64,000 nt of DNA. Source: Candidatus Krumholzibacteriia bacterium (lineage in GTDB: Bacteria > Krumholzibacteriota > Krumholzibacteriia > Krumholzibacteriales > Krumholzibacteriaceae). A program made the position numbers and the translations under genes. The stretch is from the NCBI GenBank assembly GCA_963836185.1, contig CAWIIQ010000001.1:1088001-1152000 (forward strand). The letters run 5' to 3'. Under the pieces are notes generated by a model, which was given only the letters and a program-made list of their open reading frames with translations, ran no database searches and was not told where the DNA came from. Positions 18,466 to 29,730 of the stretch are shown piece after piece (position 1 is the stretch's first letter; every line of letters begins with the position of its first letter).

Positions 18466-18525
18466 GGATAACAGTGTGTTCGCGGCTGCAGGCTCAGGCG
18501 GCCACCTCGCGAGCATAAGCAATTG
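18466..18525 (+). repeat. attC-like repeat 16 (terminal, truncated, GTT box lost)
   Basis: GGATAACAGTGTGTTCGCGGCTGCAGGC...GGCCACCTCGCGAGCAT. Confidence 0.7.
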
Positions 18526-18639
18526 AAGCCTTGTATTTCAATTGCTGTACGATATACTTTGCCGGGCGAAGTACTCTATTACAGGTATCCAGTCAGATAT
18601 GCATATCAATGGCAGCGCTATACAGGAGTTGAAATATAG

Positions 18640-20859
<2,220 letters not shown>

Positions 20860-20939
20860 AAGGAAAGATTAAGGTATCGATTAGTTTAATAGATGCTCAT
20901 GAGGTCAGGAAAATCCTAAATCTCTTTCAGGAGAGGGGT

Positions 20940-21362
20940 ATGAAAGAATTCTATGTAATTGTCTTTTGTGGCTTAATCCTGCCATTTATACCTTCCTGTG
21001 GTTGTGATTCCATGCAGGTCGAAGGAACAGCCAAGATTCTTTCTGTTACAGTGATAGATACCCTGACAGAATGTGGTGGTCTGGCTGAAGTGCGTTTTGA
21101 TTTTATTCCAGATGATCCGTCGATGACTCAGGAAACCAGATTGAGCATGTACCAGACGACAGATGTAAAGTGGAGAGTGCTGTATTACGAGTATCCCCCG
21201 AAGAAATGGTTGGATTTAGTCGGTGTAACTGAGGGATCTGAGCAAAGATGCAGTTTTGAGTGCTATTGGGGTGGAGGTTGTGGAGGATGGAACTGGGATT
21301 TCCTCGATGTCTCTGAGGAGTCAGCGATCGATTCATGTGAGGTATGGGAGGGAGAGGAGTAG
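20940..21362 (+). CDS. Cys-rich lipoprotein, family A, outside the repeat array
   Basis: EGTAKILSV, FIPDDPS, PPKKWL, DSCEVWE. Confidence 0.75.
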   Translation: MKEFYVIVFCGLILPFIPSCGCDSMQVEGTAKILSVTVIDTLTECGGLAEVRFDFIPDDPSMTQETRLSMYQTTDVKWRVLYYEYPPKKWLDLVGVTEGSEQRCSFECYWGGGCGGWNWDFLDVSEESAIDSCEVWEGEE

Positions 21363-21365
21363 GGC

Positions 21366-21782
21366 TTGTTTAAAATCGTAGTAGTTTTCATCTTATTCGT
21401 TACTCTTTTTCCCGGATGTTCTGAGGAGAGTGTAGCTCCTGAACCAGGGGGCGCTATTGACGATCCTTGCAGAGGGAACAATCCTCCTGCAATTGAAGCT
21501 CTGCCTGACACATTCGTAGCACTCGGTGATACGATCTGGCTGTACGCCGTCGGGCACGATCCTGATCATGACGAGATTCATTTCCTCAGCAGCTGCAACA
21601 ATATAACATGGGCACAATTGCAGTCTGGAGATCTGCCGATATTTGGAGTAAACGCTAAAACAGGAGTGTTCAGATTTGTGCCGCGATCTTACGATGATCC
21701 CTACAGGGTATTCGAGGTCTGGGCCGCGGATTCCTGTGACGCTATTAATTCCTCGGAATTCACTATTCAAGTTACGCAATAG
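21366..21782 (+). CDS. Lipoprotein with Ig-like domain
   Basis: LFPGC lipobox; NNPPAI...DPDHD. Confidence 0.65.
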   Translation: MFKIVVVFILFVTLFPGCSEESVAPEPGGAIDDPCRGNNPPAIEALPDTFVALGDTIWLYAVGHDPDHDEIHFLSSCNNITWAQLQSGDLPIFGVNAKTGVFRFVPRSYDDPYRVFEVWAADSCDAINSSEFTIQVTQ

Positions 21783-21861
21783 AATATATAGACTCACAAA
21801 ATCTGTAGGACAATGCGGAAATACCACTTGTCAGAATCTGTGATGACGGTATTTTCAAGGT

Positions 21862-22476
21862 ATGAAGAGAAACATTGCTATATTGCTTTTTCTCCTCGCG
21901 ATCACATCCCCACTCAGAATCAATGCTGAAGTCCTGGGCACGGCGCAATACACCATGTCCTTTGCTAATTTTGGATATATTGATTCGATGCCGTTGCTGC
22001 TCGAACTTCATATAAAGATGTTTAATTTGACTCCTCTTGATGGAGAATCAACTGGTGAGATATGTACGATACCTTTCGAGGCACATCTGGATTCGACCGA
22101 TGTCGATACGGTTCTTGTGGCGAATGAGGGAGTCTGGTGGACGGAACGTGCTAAAGAACTTTTAACCAATGATCATTCGGAGGGTATTGGAATAGGGTGC
22201 TACCTGGTATGGCCAAGCGGTGGAATCGGCGGCTTCTGGTTCTATGATCCTGAGCAAGAAGCCTTTCTGCTCAATAGTGCGGACTTTCACGGAGCGACGA
22301 TCACTGGTATTTCCCTCAGAGTCGATGAAATATCATTTGATATCATCGATGGGCATATTGGAGAACTGGTTGATGTGTACTGCCGTGCGACATTGATCGT
22401 TGAGGGCAGTTGGAACAATAATGTCGCGACCGAAGAATCCTCATGGGGATATATCAAAACGATCCCTTCTCAATAG
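21862..22476 (+). CDS. Secreted protein with C-terminal VATEESSWG motif
   Basis: Signal peptide; terminal NNVATEESSWGYIK. Confidence 0.7.
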   Translation: MKRNIAILLFLLAITSPLRINAEVLGTAQYTMSFANFGYIDSMPLLLELHIKMFNLTPLDGESTGEICTIPFEAHLDSTDVDTVLVANEGVWWTERAKELLTNDHSEGIGIGCYLVWPSGGIGGFWFYDPEQEAFLLNSADFHGATITGISLRVDEISFDIIDGHIGELVDVYCRATLIVEGSWNNNVATEESSWGYIKTIPSQ

Positions 22477-22530
22477 ACACCAGTCATATTCAATGCTTAT
22501 AATGCTGTCCGTTATACTAGCGGAGGTTAT

Positions 22531-23013
22531 ATGAAGCGAATCCTGGTTATTCTTGCGGTCGTAGTAGTTGTTGTTGTTTCGTGTTCCGATGATGATTCCA
22601 TTACTGCGCCGGAACCATGCACTCCATTCTTTTCTGCAGAGTCTCTTCAAGTCGTGGTGGAGTATATATATTTACCGCTTCTTGACGTATGGGTGTGGGG
22701 CGCTAAAGCAACATACAAATATGAACTTTATGGATGCAGCGGGAAGATTCACACGCATGAGTTTGTCTTTAGTGAGCCGGGCGAGACACTTACTGTTCAT
22801 GACAATACTATCGCCGATTGTTTTGAGCCGATAGATATACAACTCGACAAGACTGCAAGAGTGTCGACTACGGACGATCTGTTTGCTGGATTTGACAGTG
22901 TGACGGTATTTTTCACCCTGAGAGGACTTCACCAGCAATGTTATAGCGGCGCTGTGGACAGCATCGCACCTATAATATGGAGCAATACAGTTCGCGCGGA
23001 AGTATTAGATTAG
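22531..23013 (+). CDS. Lipoprotein, hypothetical
   Basis: GGAGG RBS; VVVSC lipobox. Confidence 0.7.
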   Translation: MKRILVILAVVVVVVVSCSDDDSITAPEPCTPFFSAESLQVVVEYIYLPLLDVWVWGAKATYKYELYGCSGKIHTHEFVFSEPGETLTVHDNTIADCFEPIDIQLDKTARVSTTDDLFAGFDSVTVFFTLRGLHQQCYSGAVDSIAPIIWSNTVRAEVLD

Positions 23014-23061
23014 AGTCGAACCGGACGATTATCCATGACCAGGAGTAGAGAGAAGAGAGTG

Positions 23062-23277
23062 ATGTACAGGATCTTAATCGCTATAGTAGTTTTAGTCTCG
23101 ATTGCTTCATGTACGGGAACTGCCGGGGACAGCTCGAAGGAGAAGCTGACTCAGCGTGAGAGGGACAGTATCCTCGCTGAGACCGATCTTCCGGGAGCGG
23201 GCGTCGTCGGAAAAGCTATCGAAGCGTCAGATTCCTCAGCCGCGAGAGCCAGGAGGCTTGATGAGCAGTCTGACTAG
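23062..23277 (+). CDS. Small lipoprotein
   Basis: IASC lipobox. Confidence 0.65.
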   Translation: MYRILIAIVVLVSIASCTGTAGDSSKEKLTQRERDSILAETDLPGAGVVGKAIEASDSSAARARRLDEQSD

Positions 23278-23307
23278 TCATGGCCGGGCTCAGGGGCATA
23301 CCCAACT

Positions 23308-23907
23308 ATGAAAAATGCCGCTATTTCTTTCATCCTGATGGTCAGCCTCGTTTTCGGCTGTTCCAGGCCCTATTCGGAACTGGACCTTCCGTATGAAGAC
23401 GAGACGGAAAAGGAAGATTACGCTGTATATTCGGAAAGTATCGAGTATGTCTACCTGCGCAATCTGGTATCGCACAATAAACGAGATGTCAAATCTATCG
23501 TAGTCATCTCGCAGACTGATGAACTCAACGAGTACTGGAAGAACAAGTTTATCAGCGAGCTCGAGGACGAAGGCATACAGGAAGAAGTGATCGAAGCCTG
23601 GAGGACGGAAAACAATTCTGTAATTCTTCTCCAGAGGAAATTTGATTTTGATTACGAATACTTCATCGTTAACAGAGATGAGCTCGATGAATACGGATCC
23701 GAACATTTCTTCAGTGAGTTTTACAAGCGATATCCTGATTCGAACGGGCTGATCTCGGTCTCCAGGATCGGATATGACGAAACGAGGACTACAGCGCTGA
23801 TCCACGTGATACACAGCTTCGGTACGCTCGGAGCGAGATACTACTTTCTTGTGCTGCAAAAGAGTGCTGGTGGATGGGATGTGGTTCGGAGGATCTCTAC
23901 CGGGTAA
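23308..23907 (+). CDS. Lipoprotein, hypothetical
   Basis: VFGC lipobox. Confidence 0.7.
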   Translation: MKNAAISFILMVSLVFGCSRPYSELDLPYEDETEKEDYAVYSESIEYVYLRNLVSHNKRDVKSIVVISQTDELNEYWKNKFISELEDEGIQEEVIEAWRTENNSVILLQRKFDFDYEYFIVNRDELDEYGSEHFFSEFYKRYPDSNGLISVSRIGYDETRTTALIHVIHSFGTLGARYYFLVLQKSAGGWDVVRRISTG

Positions 23908-23962
23908 TCAGGTATCAGTCTCGATACTGCCACACAGTCTGCGTGAACAGAAAGTTCATATC

Positions 23963-24008
23963 AAAAAAAAGTGAGGGAATATAAGGGTTGCGGGCTCATA
24001 TCCCCTCA
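23963..24008 (-). terminator. Intrinsic terminator-like hairpin (minus strand)
   Basis: TGAGGGAATAT...ATATCCCCTCA stem preceded by A8 on the + strand. Confidence 0.5.
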
Positions 24009-24355
24009 GTGCCGATTCGGATTGCAATCAAGGTTGACAGCAGAGCAACCATGCTTATCAAGGATACGTTTCCTGCCATATTTAATGACTTATTTACCGT
24101 ATCCTGAAGTCCCGTTAAGGGCTCTTCTCATTAATAATAAATATGTGTAGCTGCTGCCTCCTCGGTTGAGAGCCTGTCGACATTCAAAGTATAACCGGAT
24201 ATCTGAATCTGTCCAGACCGGTACTGGATATCGGCTGGATTGACAAACGTTCCGGCAGTGATATACTGATAGCGTCTGGTTGACCGGGGGAACTGCCTGT
24301 CAGGCTCTGATGGCATCGCTTCCATTTATCATACCGAACGAACGAGTAACGTATT

Positions 24356-24913
24356 ATGCATATACTTTCCATCTTCATGTTTTTCATGTTCCTGTACTGG
24401 TTGAGCAACAGGCTCAGCCGGCCTGCTCCAAAGCCGTTCATGGAGCCATGGCACAGAGGTGTTTCCACGGAGGAACTGGTAAGGCTGTACGATTCCTGTG
24501 ACATCCTGGTCTTCGGGCGAATCGAAAATCTCGAGAACATGGACGTCGAAAGGTATGTCATGGGAGCAAGACATAGATTCGTCGAGGTCCATCTCGAAGT
24601 CAGGGTGGCGCTGCCACAGGATTTGAAGGATTCTGACGCAGTGATCAATTCGTGTTATTTCACACGGCAGGGAGACTTGAGCGGAGGGAGTAAAGGAGTC
24701 GGAGTCTATCCAGGGCTGAATGATAAGATCTGCCTCGGGTTGTTTATGAATTCGGTTAAAAACGGTGTTCATTATCTCGGGTCGAACAATCCCTTTTACC
24801 TGATCAGCGATGATAAATGGATGCCGTACGCAAGAAGGCAATGGATAGACCTTATCCCCGCGGACAGACCTCTCACGTGCGATTTTACTGATTCAGGCTC
24901 CAGCATCAACTAG
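24356..24913 (+). CDS. Hypothetical protein with N-terminal TM
   Basis: 185-aa ORF. Confidence 0.45.
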   Translation: MHILSIFMFFMFLYWLSNRLSRPAPKPFMEPWHRGVSTEELVRLYDSCDILVFGRIENLENMDVERYVMGARHRFVEVHLEVRVALPQDLKDSDAVINSCYFTRQGDLSGGSKGVGVYPGLNDKICLGLFMNSVKNGVHYLGSNNPFYLISDDKWMPYARRQWIDLIPADRPLTCDFTDSGSSIN

Positions 24914-25051
24914 AGATAACCATTCATTTTTCAACCAGGCACAACTTTCAGTAGTAATTCCAGCCGGAATATCGTACAAATTCCCAAGATATTGAAACTA
25001 ATGAATATCCGTTCTGATTGCGTTACGGAATCATCGACGAAAGGAGCCTTG

Positions 25052-25495
25052 ATGGCCTGCCCGGAATGTTACAGCAACGACCCGCGAGTGACACCTATTC
25101 TCGACCCGGAAAGTTGCCTGATGACTCACGCACAGTATGTCTGCTCGACTTGTGGGAGATGTATCTGCGCGGAAGCTGATGCCCAGAACAAGTACAGGAT
25201 CAAATATCCGTTCAATTCGCTGGAGATCGCCAAATTGTACCTCAGAGCCGCTGAAGCGATCTATGGCGGACCGTGCGAGATCTACGAGATCGAATACTCG
25301 AATGGCAGGCTCCTGTACAAGATATTCCACACAAAAGAGGATTTGGAATCATACCTGAAGAAAAATACGATGCAGAGCTGTCCGACAGGTAAACCTCTTT
25401 TTACTACTCCCTCGTATAAACCACATGACAAGAGCCAGGTAAGAAACCTCCGTACCGGTGAGATAGCAAAATATCTCGAGGAAAAGAAAGGATAG
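25052..25495 (+). CDS. Cys-rich (zinc-finger-like) hypothetical protein
   Basis: AAGGAG RBS; CPEC, CSTCGRCIC. Confidence 0.65.
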   Translation: MACPECYSNDPRVTPILDPESCLMTHAQYVCSTCGRCICAEADAQNKYRIKYPFNSLEIAKLYLRAAEAIYGGPCEIYEIEYSNGRLLYKIFHTKEDLESYLKKNTMQSCPTGKPLFTTPSYKPHDKSQVRNLRTGEIAKYLEEKKG

Positions 25496-25607
25496 CGCGG
25501 AAAGGTCCAGAAGAATCACGAGATCAATCTCAATGATTTCAGAAATACAGCTTCAAGATAAGTTAAAAACTGTTTTACGACAGCCGTAATTCATTTAGAT
25601 TATAGAT

Positions 25608-26076
25608 ATGAAGCGGCTTATTCCGATAATCCCGATTATTCTGATCCATATAGGCCTGTATGGCGGGTCCCTGTCTCGCCGAACAGGATTCGAATAATAT
25701 CTTCGGGAGCATTGTAATCACTGTAGCGAATATAAACAGCGCTGAAGGCGGCAATATCGTCGTCTCTCTCTATGACGGAAAAGAGAGCTGGCTGAAAACA
25801 GAAAAAGCGCGGAAAACGAAGACCCTTTCCGTCAAAGGTGATTCACTGGTGGTAGAGTTCGCCACTCTGCCCTATGATTCGATATACGCAGTTGCCGTGA
25901 TCCATGACAAGAATATGAACGGCAAGCTGGATATGCGCAAATTTCCATGGCCCAAGCCGAAAGAAGGCGCCGGTGTGTCTAACAACAGGTTCGGATTCGG
26001 ACCTCCCGAATACAGAGACGCGATACTTCGTCTCACTGAGCCGGTTCTGGACATACTGATAGAGATGAGATACTGA
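25608..26076 (+). CDS. DUF2141 family protein (frameshift in signal peptide)
   Basis: YAVAVIHDKNMNGKLD...PKEGAGVSNN. Confidence 0.75.
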
Positions 26077-26138
26077 GGCAGGTATGATATATGGGTGCGG
26101 ATAAGACGGTTCTAACTCATGAGGGGGAGTTAACAGTT

Positions 26139-26705
26139 ATGACCGAAAGAACCAGGTCGGTCGCAGGTTCGACGATCATTCTTGTGACGACGCTAATAAT
26201 GAGTCTTTTAGTTGCGGTACTGCGCAGGGGCCCGAGTGTGATCGCCACTCTCAGCCTTCCCTATATGTTCGTTATCTTCTGTTTTGCCGGAGCTGTACTC
26301 TATTCTATCCTTAAATATCGTGGACCCCGGAATATGGTCTTTTCGGTTTTCATTGTGACACTTGTCCATCTTTTACTTTTCAAGATCACCGAGCCAAGGT
26401 ATTTCATCGAGCTCTTCCTGTATTACGCTGCACTCGGCGCTTCAGTGCTGATCTATCATGAAGCGGTCATGCCGCGTATGGCCAGGATCAGGATAGGCAA
26501 ATTCATCGTACTGGCTGCGCTCATCGTGGTCATATATTCTGTTGTGACATTGATCGTGTCATTGTTCTCCAGTGGCCGCAGCCTGTTGCCGAGCCTTGCC
26601 GTTATCGCCTCGGTCCATACGTTCACCGGTATCGCGCTCGGTCTCGGGATCGAGATCGGGGAACTGTTGATCGACAGATTCCTGCCTCCTCCCCTGGAAA
26701 GGTGA
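26139..26705 (+). CDS. Integral membrane protein
   Basis: About 6 hydrophobic segments. Confidence 0.6.
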   Translation: MTERTRSVAGSTIILVTTLIMSLLVAVLRRGPSVIATLSLPYMFVIFCFAGAVLYSILKYRGPRNMVFSVFIVTLVHLLLFKITEPRYFIELFLYYAALGASVLIYHEAVMPRMARIRIGKFIVLAALIVVIYSVVTLIVSLFSSGRSLLPSLAVIASVHTFTGIALGLGIEIGELLIDRFLPPPLER

Positions 26706-26711
26706 CTGGAT

Positions 26712-27357
26712 ATGTACGGAGTGCATTTTTCTGTATTTTCCAGACTTGTATCTCTGCTGATCCTGCTCGCAGTCGTCTTGACTAGCTGCCTCGCCGCAGT
26801 GCGAAGCCGCCAATCTGTTCAGCCTCGGAGCCGGATATGCCAGATTCAAGGAATCGCAGGCACTGGTCTGGGATCCATCATGGTCCCTGACAGGAGCATA
26901 CTTTTTTGACCTCAGGCCGAACCTGCAACTGGGCCTGTCCGCCACTTACAGCTTTTTGCAGGCCAGGTCGGCCATCGATATGTTCGGTGTGGGAGTGTAC
27001 TGGGAAGAAGCGGATGGTGACGGGTGGATGTTTTCCCTTCTGCCGGCAGTCAGGGTCCTTTTCCCGCTTGGAGAAGATGGATCCACACTGGTATATCTTC
27101 AGGGTGGCGCTGGATGGTATCATCTCGATATGGACGTGATCTACTCGGGGAGGGTGCCGGGACCTGACGGTTGGGATGTTGAAAAGAGGGTTACAGCCAA
27201 ATGGGACAAGCCGGGGATAGACGGCAGGTTCGGCGTCATAACGAGGCTCGACAAGGCACTTTTCCTGGAGATATCACCTGGTATCAGCGTAATATTCACG
27301 GACGAAGAATCTACGTGGTGCATGAGCGGATCTATGGCATTGGCCTTGATGCATTGA
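26712..27357 (+). CDS. Outer-membrane beta-barrel-like protein (frameshifted)
   Basis: VYLQGGAGWYHL, FLEISPG strands. Confidence 0.5.
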
Positions 27358-27394
27358 CCTTGATGAGATTCGATATTTCTACGGAGGAACTCGC

Positions 27395-27913
27395 ATGTTC
27401 GAAATAAGGCCCGAACGTCCAGGTGACGAGGAAGCGATCGCAGATGTGAACAGGCGCGCGTTCGGTGGTGAAGATGAAGTGGGGATAATAGCCGGGATCA
27501 GAGGCTCAGAGTATTTTATCCCCGAGCTCTCACTGGTCGCGGAGGAGGAAGGGCGTATCGTCGGACATATCATGTTAAGTGTCATCACCCTGGTCCGGTT
27601 TGACAGGCCGGCTGACAAGATACTGAGCCTCGCGCCTATGGCTGTCGAGCCGGAAGCACAGAACAGGGGCATCGGATCAGCCCTGGTCGAGGCCGGTATG
27701 GAAAAAGCAAGGGAGCTCGGTCATACGTTTATAATCGTTGTGGGCCATCCCGGGTATTATCCGCGGTTCGGATTCAGGCAGGCGAGGTCACTCGGATTCG
27801 ACGTCGGTATGGAGGTCCCCGACGATGCTTTCATGGTGGCCGTGCTGCAACCAGATGCTTTGCATGGACTTGGCGGCATGGTACAATTCTCTCCGCCTTT
27901 CGGTATATCATGA
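27395..27913 (+). CDS. GNAT N-acetyltransferase (YhbS-like)
   Basis: LAPMAVEPEAQNRGIGSALV, VVGHPGYYPRFGF. Confidence 0.85.
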   Translation: MFEIRPERPGDEEAIADVNRRAFGGEDEVGIIAGIRGSEYFIPELSLVAEEEGRIVGHIMLSVITLVRFDRPADKILSLAPMAVEPEAQNRGIGSALVEAGMEKARELGHTFIIVVGHPGYYPRFGFRQARSLGFDVGMEVPDDAFMVAVLQPDALHGLGGMVQFSPPFGIS

Positions 27914-27968
27914 GGATGTTTTCGTCACTCGAGCACCGGGACCTGAAATGAAAAGATCGTGAGGCATT

Positions 27969-28475
27969 ATGAAAAGTATTGCGGCTATAGCCGTTCTGGT
28001 TCTGCTCATTTCAGGGTGCAGCGCCGAGTATGCTGAGGATGAAGCGCAGCCACTCAATACGATCAGCGACGCTGACAGCCCTGAGCTTGCTATGGGAAGG
28101 GACATGCTGGCCGCCGCGCTGAGGTACGATATAGACAGGTTTGTCGAGAGAAACCGGCCCATTGTCAAGGTATGCTTTCTGAGTATTCTTGACGCCGATC
28201 CGGCTGATGAACTTATCACCCGCCTGGAAGGGACAAAGCTGGAGGTGCACAAGTTTTCCGAATGGAGCACGTATTTCAAGAATGAAGACGGGCAGCCTGT
28301 CCTGCCCGATCGCTTCTTCAGGATATCGGTCAGGGATATACGCCTTATAGATCCGACACATGCCGAAGTAGATACGAGCTGGAGCGCTTCCGGTATAGCT
28401 ATTCCGGGGGAGACCTTCACGCTGGAGAATATCGAAGGGACGTGGCGGGTAATAGATGTGAAGTTGACCTCTTGA
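27969..28475 (+). CDS. Lipoprotein
   Basis: LISGC lipobox. Confidence 0.65.
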   Translation: MKSIAAIAVLVLLISGCSAEYAEDEAQPLNTISDADSPELAMGRDMLAAALRYDIDRFVERNRPIVKVCFLSILDADPADELITRLEGTKLEVHKFSEWSTYFKNEDGQPVLPDRFFRISVRDIRLIDPTHAEVDTSWSASGIAIPGETFTLENIEGTWRVIDVKLTS

Positions 28476-28507
28476 GCCGACAGATTCTCTAAACGACCGG
28501 GTGACTT

Positions 28508-29086
28508 GTGGAACAACCTGTACTCGAGACAGAAAGACTGATCCTCCGGCCATTCGTCGATCTTGACGCTCCCCGTGTAGCGGAACTTGCCGGTGACAAG
28601 GCGATTTCCGACACGACGCTGAGGATTCCCCATCCATACACCGAGGCGATGGTCCTGGCGTGGATCGGTAGGCACCAATCGATTCGCGACAATGGACTGG
28701 CCATATTCTACGCGATCGATCTGAAGGAGAGCTCTGAACTGATAGGAAGCATCGGGATCGACGCCGATCATATTCACAGCAGGGCGACCCTGGGATACTG
28801 GATCGGCAGGGAATACTGGAACCGGGGCTACGCTACAGAAGCTTCATCAATAATGCTCGAGTATGTCTTCAATGTCATGAAATTTCACAAGGTCGATTCT
28901 CATCTTTTCTCGCGAAACGAGGCATCGGGGCGCGTGCTGGAGAAGCTGGGCATGAAGCGAGAGGGGCTTCTGAGGGAACATATATTGAAGTCCGGCTCAT
29001 GGGAGGATATCATCGAATACGGAATTCTGAATAGTGAGTATGAACAGATCACGACAGGTATAGAAGGAGAGGACGATGTACTGTAG
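28508..29086 (+). CDS. RimJ/RimL-family GNAT acetyltransferase
   Basis: LETERLILRPF, GYWIGREYWNRGYATEA, SGRVLEKLGM. Confidence 0.88.
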   Translation: MEQPVLETERLILRPFVDLDAPRVAELAGDKAISDTTLRIPHPYTEAMVLAWIGRHQSIRDNGLAIFYAIDLKESSELIGSIGIDADHIHSRATLGYWIGREYWNRGYATEASSIMLEYVFNVMKFHKVDSHLFSRNEASGRVLEKLGMKREGLLREHILKSGSWEDIIEYGILNSEYEQITTGIEGEDDVL

Positions 29087-29715
29087 GAAATGCGGCGCAT
29101 TGAATCCTGACGACAGCAGATTCTGTGGAGGCTGCGGAAGCTCGCTGAGTGATTCTGCCGGAAGAACCCTGCCGACGGCATAGTGATATCGACAAAGAGC
29201 CCCGGAGAGTCAAGCCGCCACCACGCCCTGCCGTACCGCCAGGCCATACCAGATTGACTCCACCGCAGGCGGTCAGGCCCTATTACGCCGGATTCTGGAA
29301 GAGATTCGCCGCCTATTTCATCGACGAGATCATACTATCATTTATCGGAATAATGATGATGCTGGTCGTTGCCGGAATCGTGGGGGTACCGTTGGGACTT
29401 TCAGGCGCCGACGAGGATTTCATCGTTCCGCTTGTCGTGATATATTTCGGAATAATCGACTTCCTTCTCAACTGGCTCTACCACACGGTGCTCGAAAGTT
29501 CAGGCCGGCAGGCCACCCTCGGCAAGATGGCCATGGGTATAGTTGTAACGGACATGGACGGTAAGCGTATTTCGTTCGCAAGAGCCAACGCCAGATTCTG
29601 GTCGAAGATAATTTCCGGTCTTTTCTTCTCGATCGGATACATCATCGCCGGATTTACCGAGAGGAAGCAGGCGCTTCACGACCTGATCGCAGCTACCCTC
29701 GTAAGCAACAGATAA
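29076..29715 (+). CDS. RDD family protein with N-terminal zinc ribbon (frameshift)
   Basis: MYCRKCG...FCGGCG; YAGFWKRFAAYFID, QATLGK, QALHD. Confidence 0.85.
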
Positions 29716-29730
29716 GTCTTAAACGAGTGG

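Larger units (their letters stand above)
4793..18525 (+). mobile_element. Integron-like gene cassette array, 16 cassettes
   Basis: 16 related ...ATAAC/GTTAT... structured repeats separating co-oriented, mostly single-gene, AT-richer units next to a tyrosine recombinase. Confidence 0.92.

Noticed and set aside
5255-18525. CRISPR array or REP/MITE interpretation of the repeats
   Set aside because: Repeats are ~140 bp, separated by 0.2-3 kb gene-bearing units with matched ends; no cas genes and no target-site duplications.
22491-22521. GCTTATAA...GTTATAC as a remnant cassette junction
   Set aside because: Lacks G8/A11, the stem, and a matching tail after the downstream gene.
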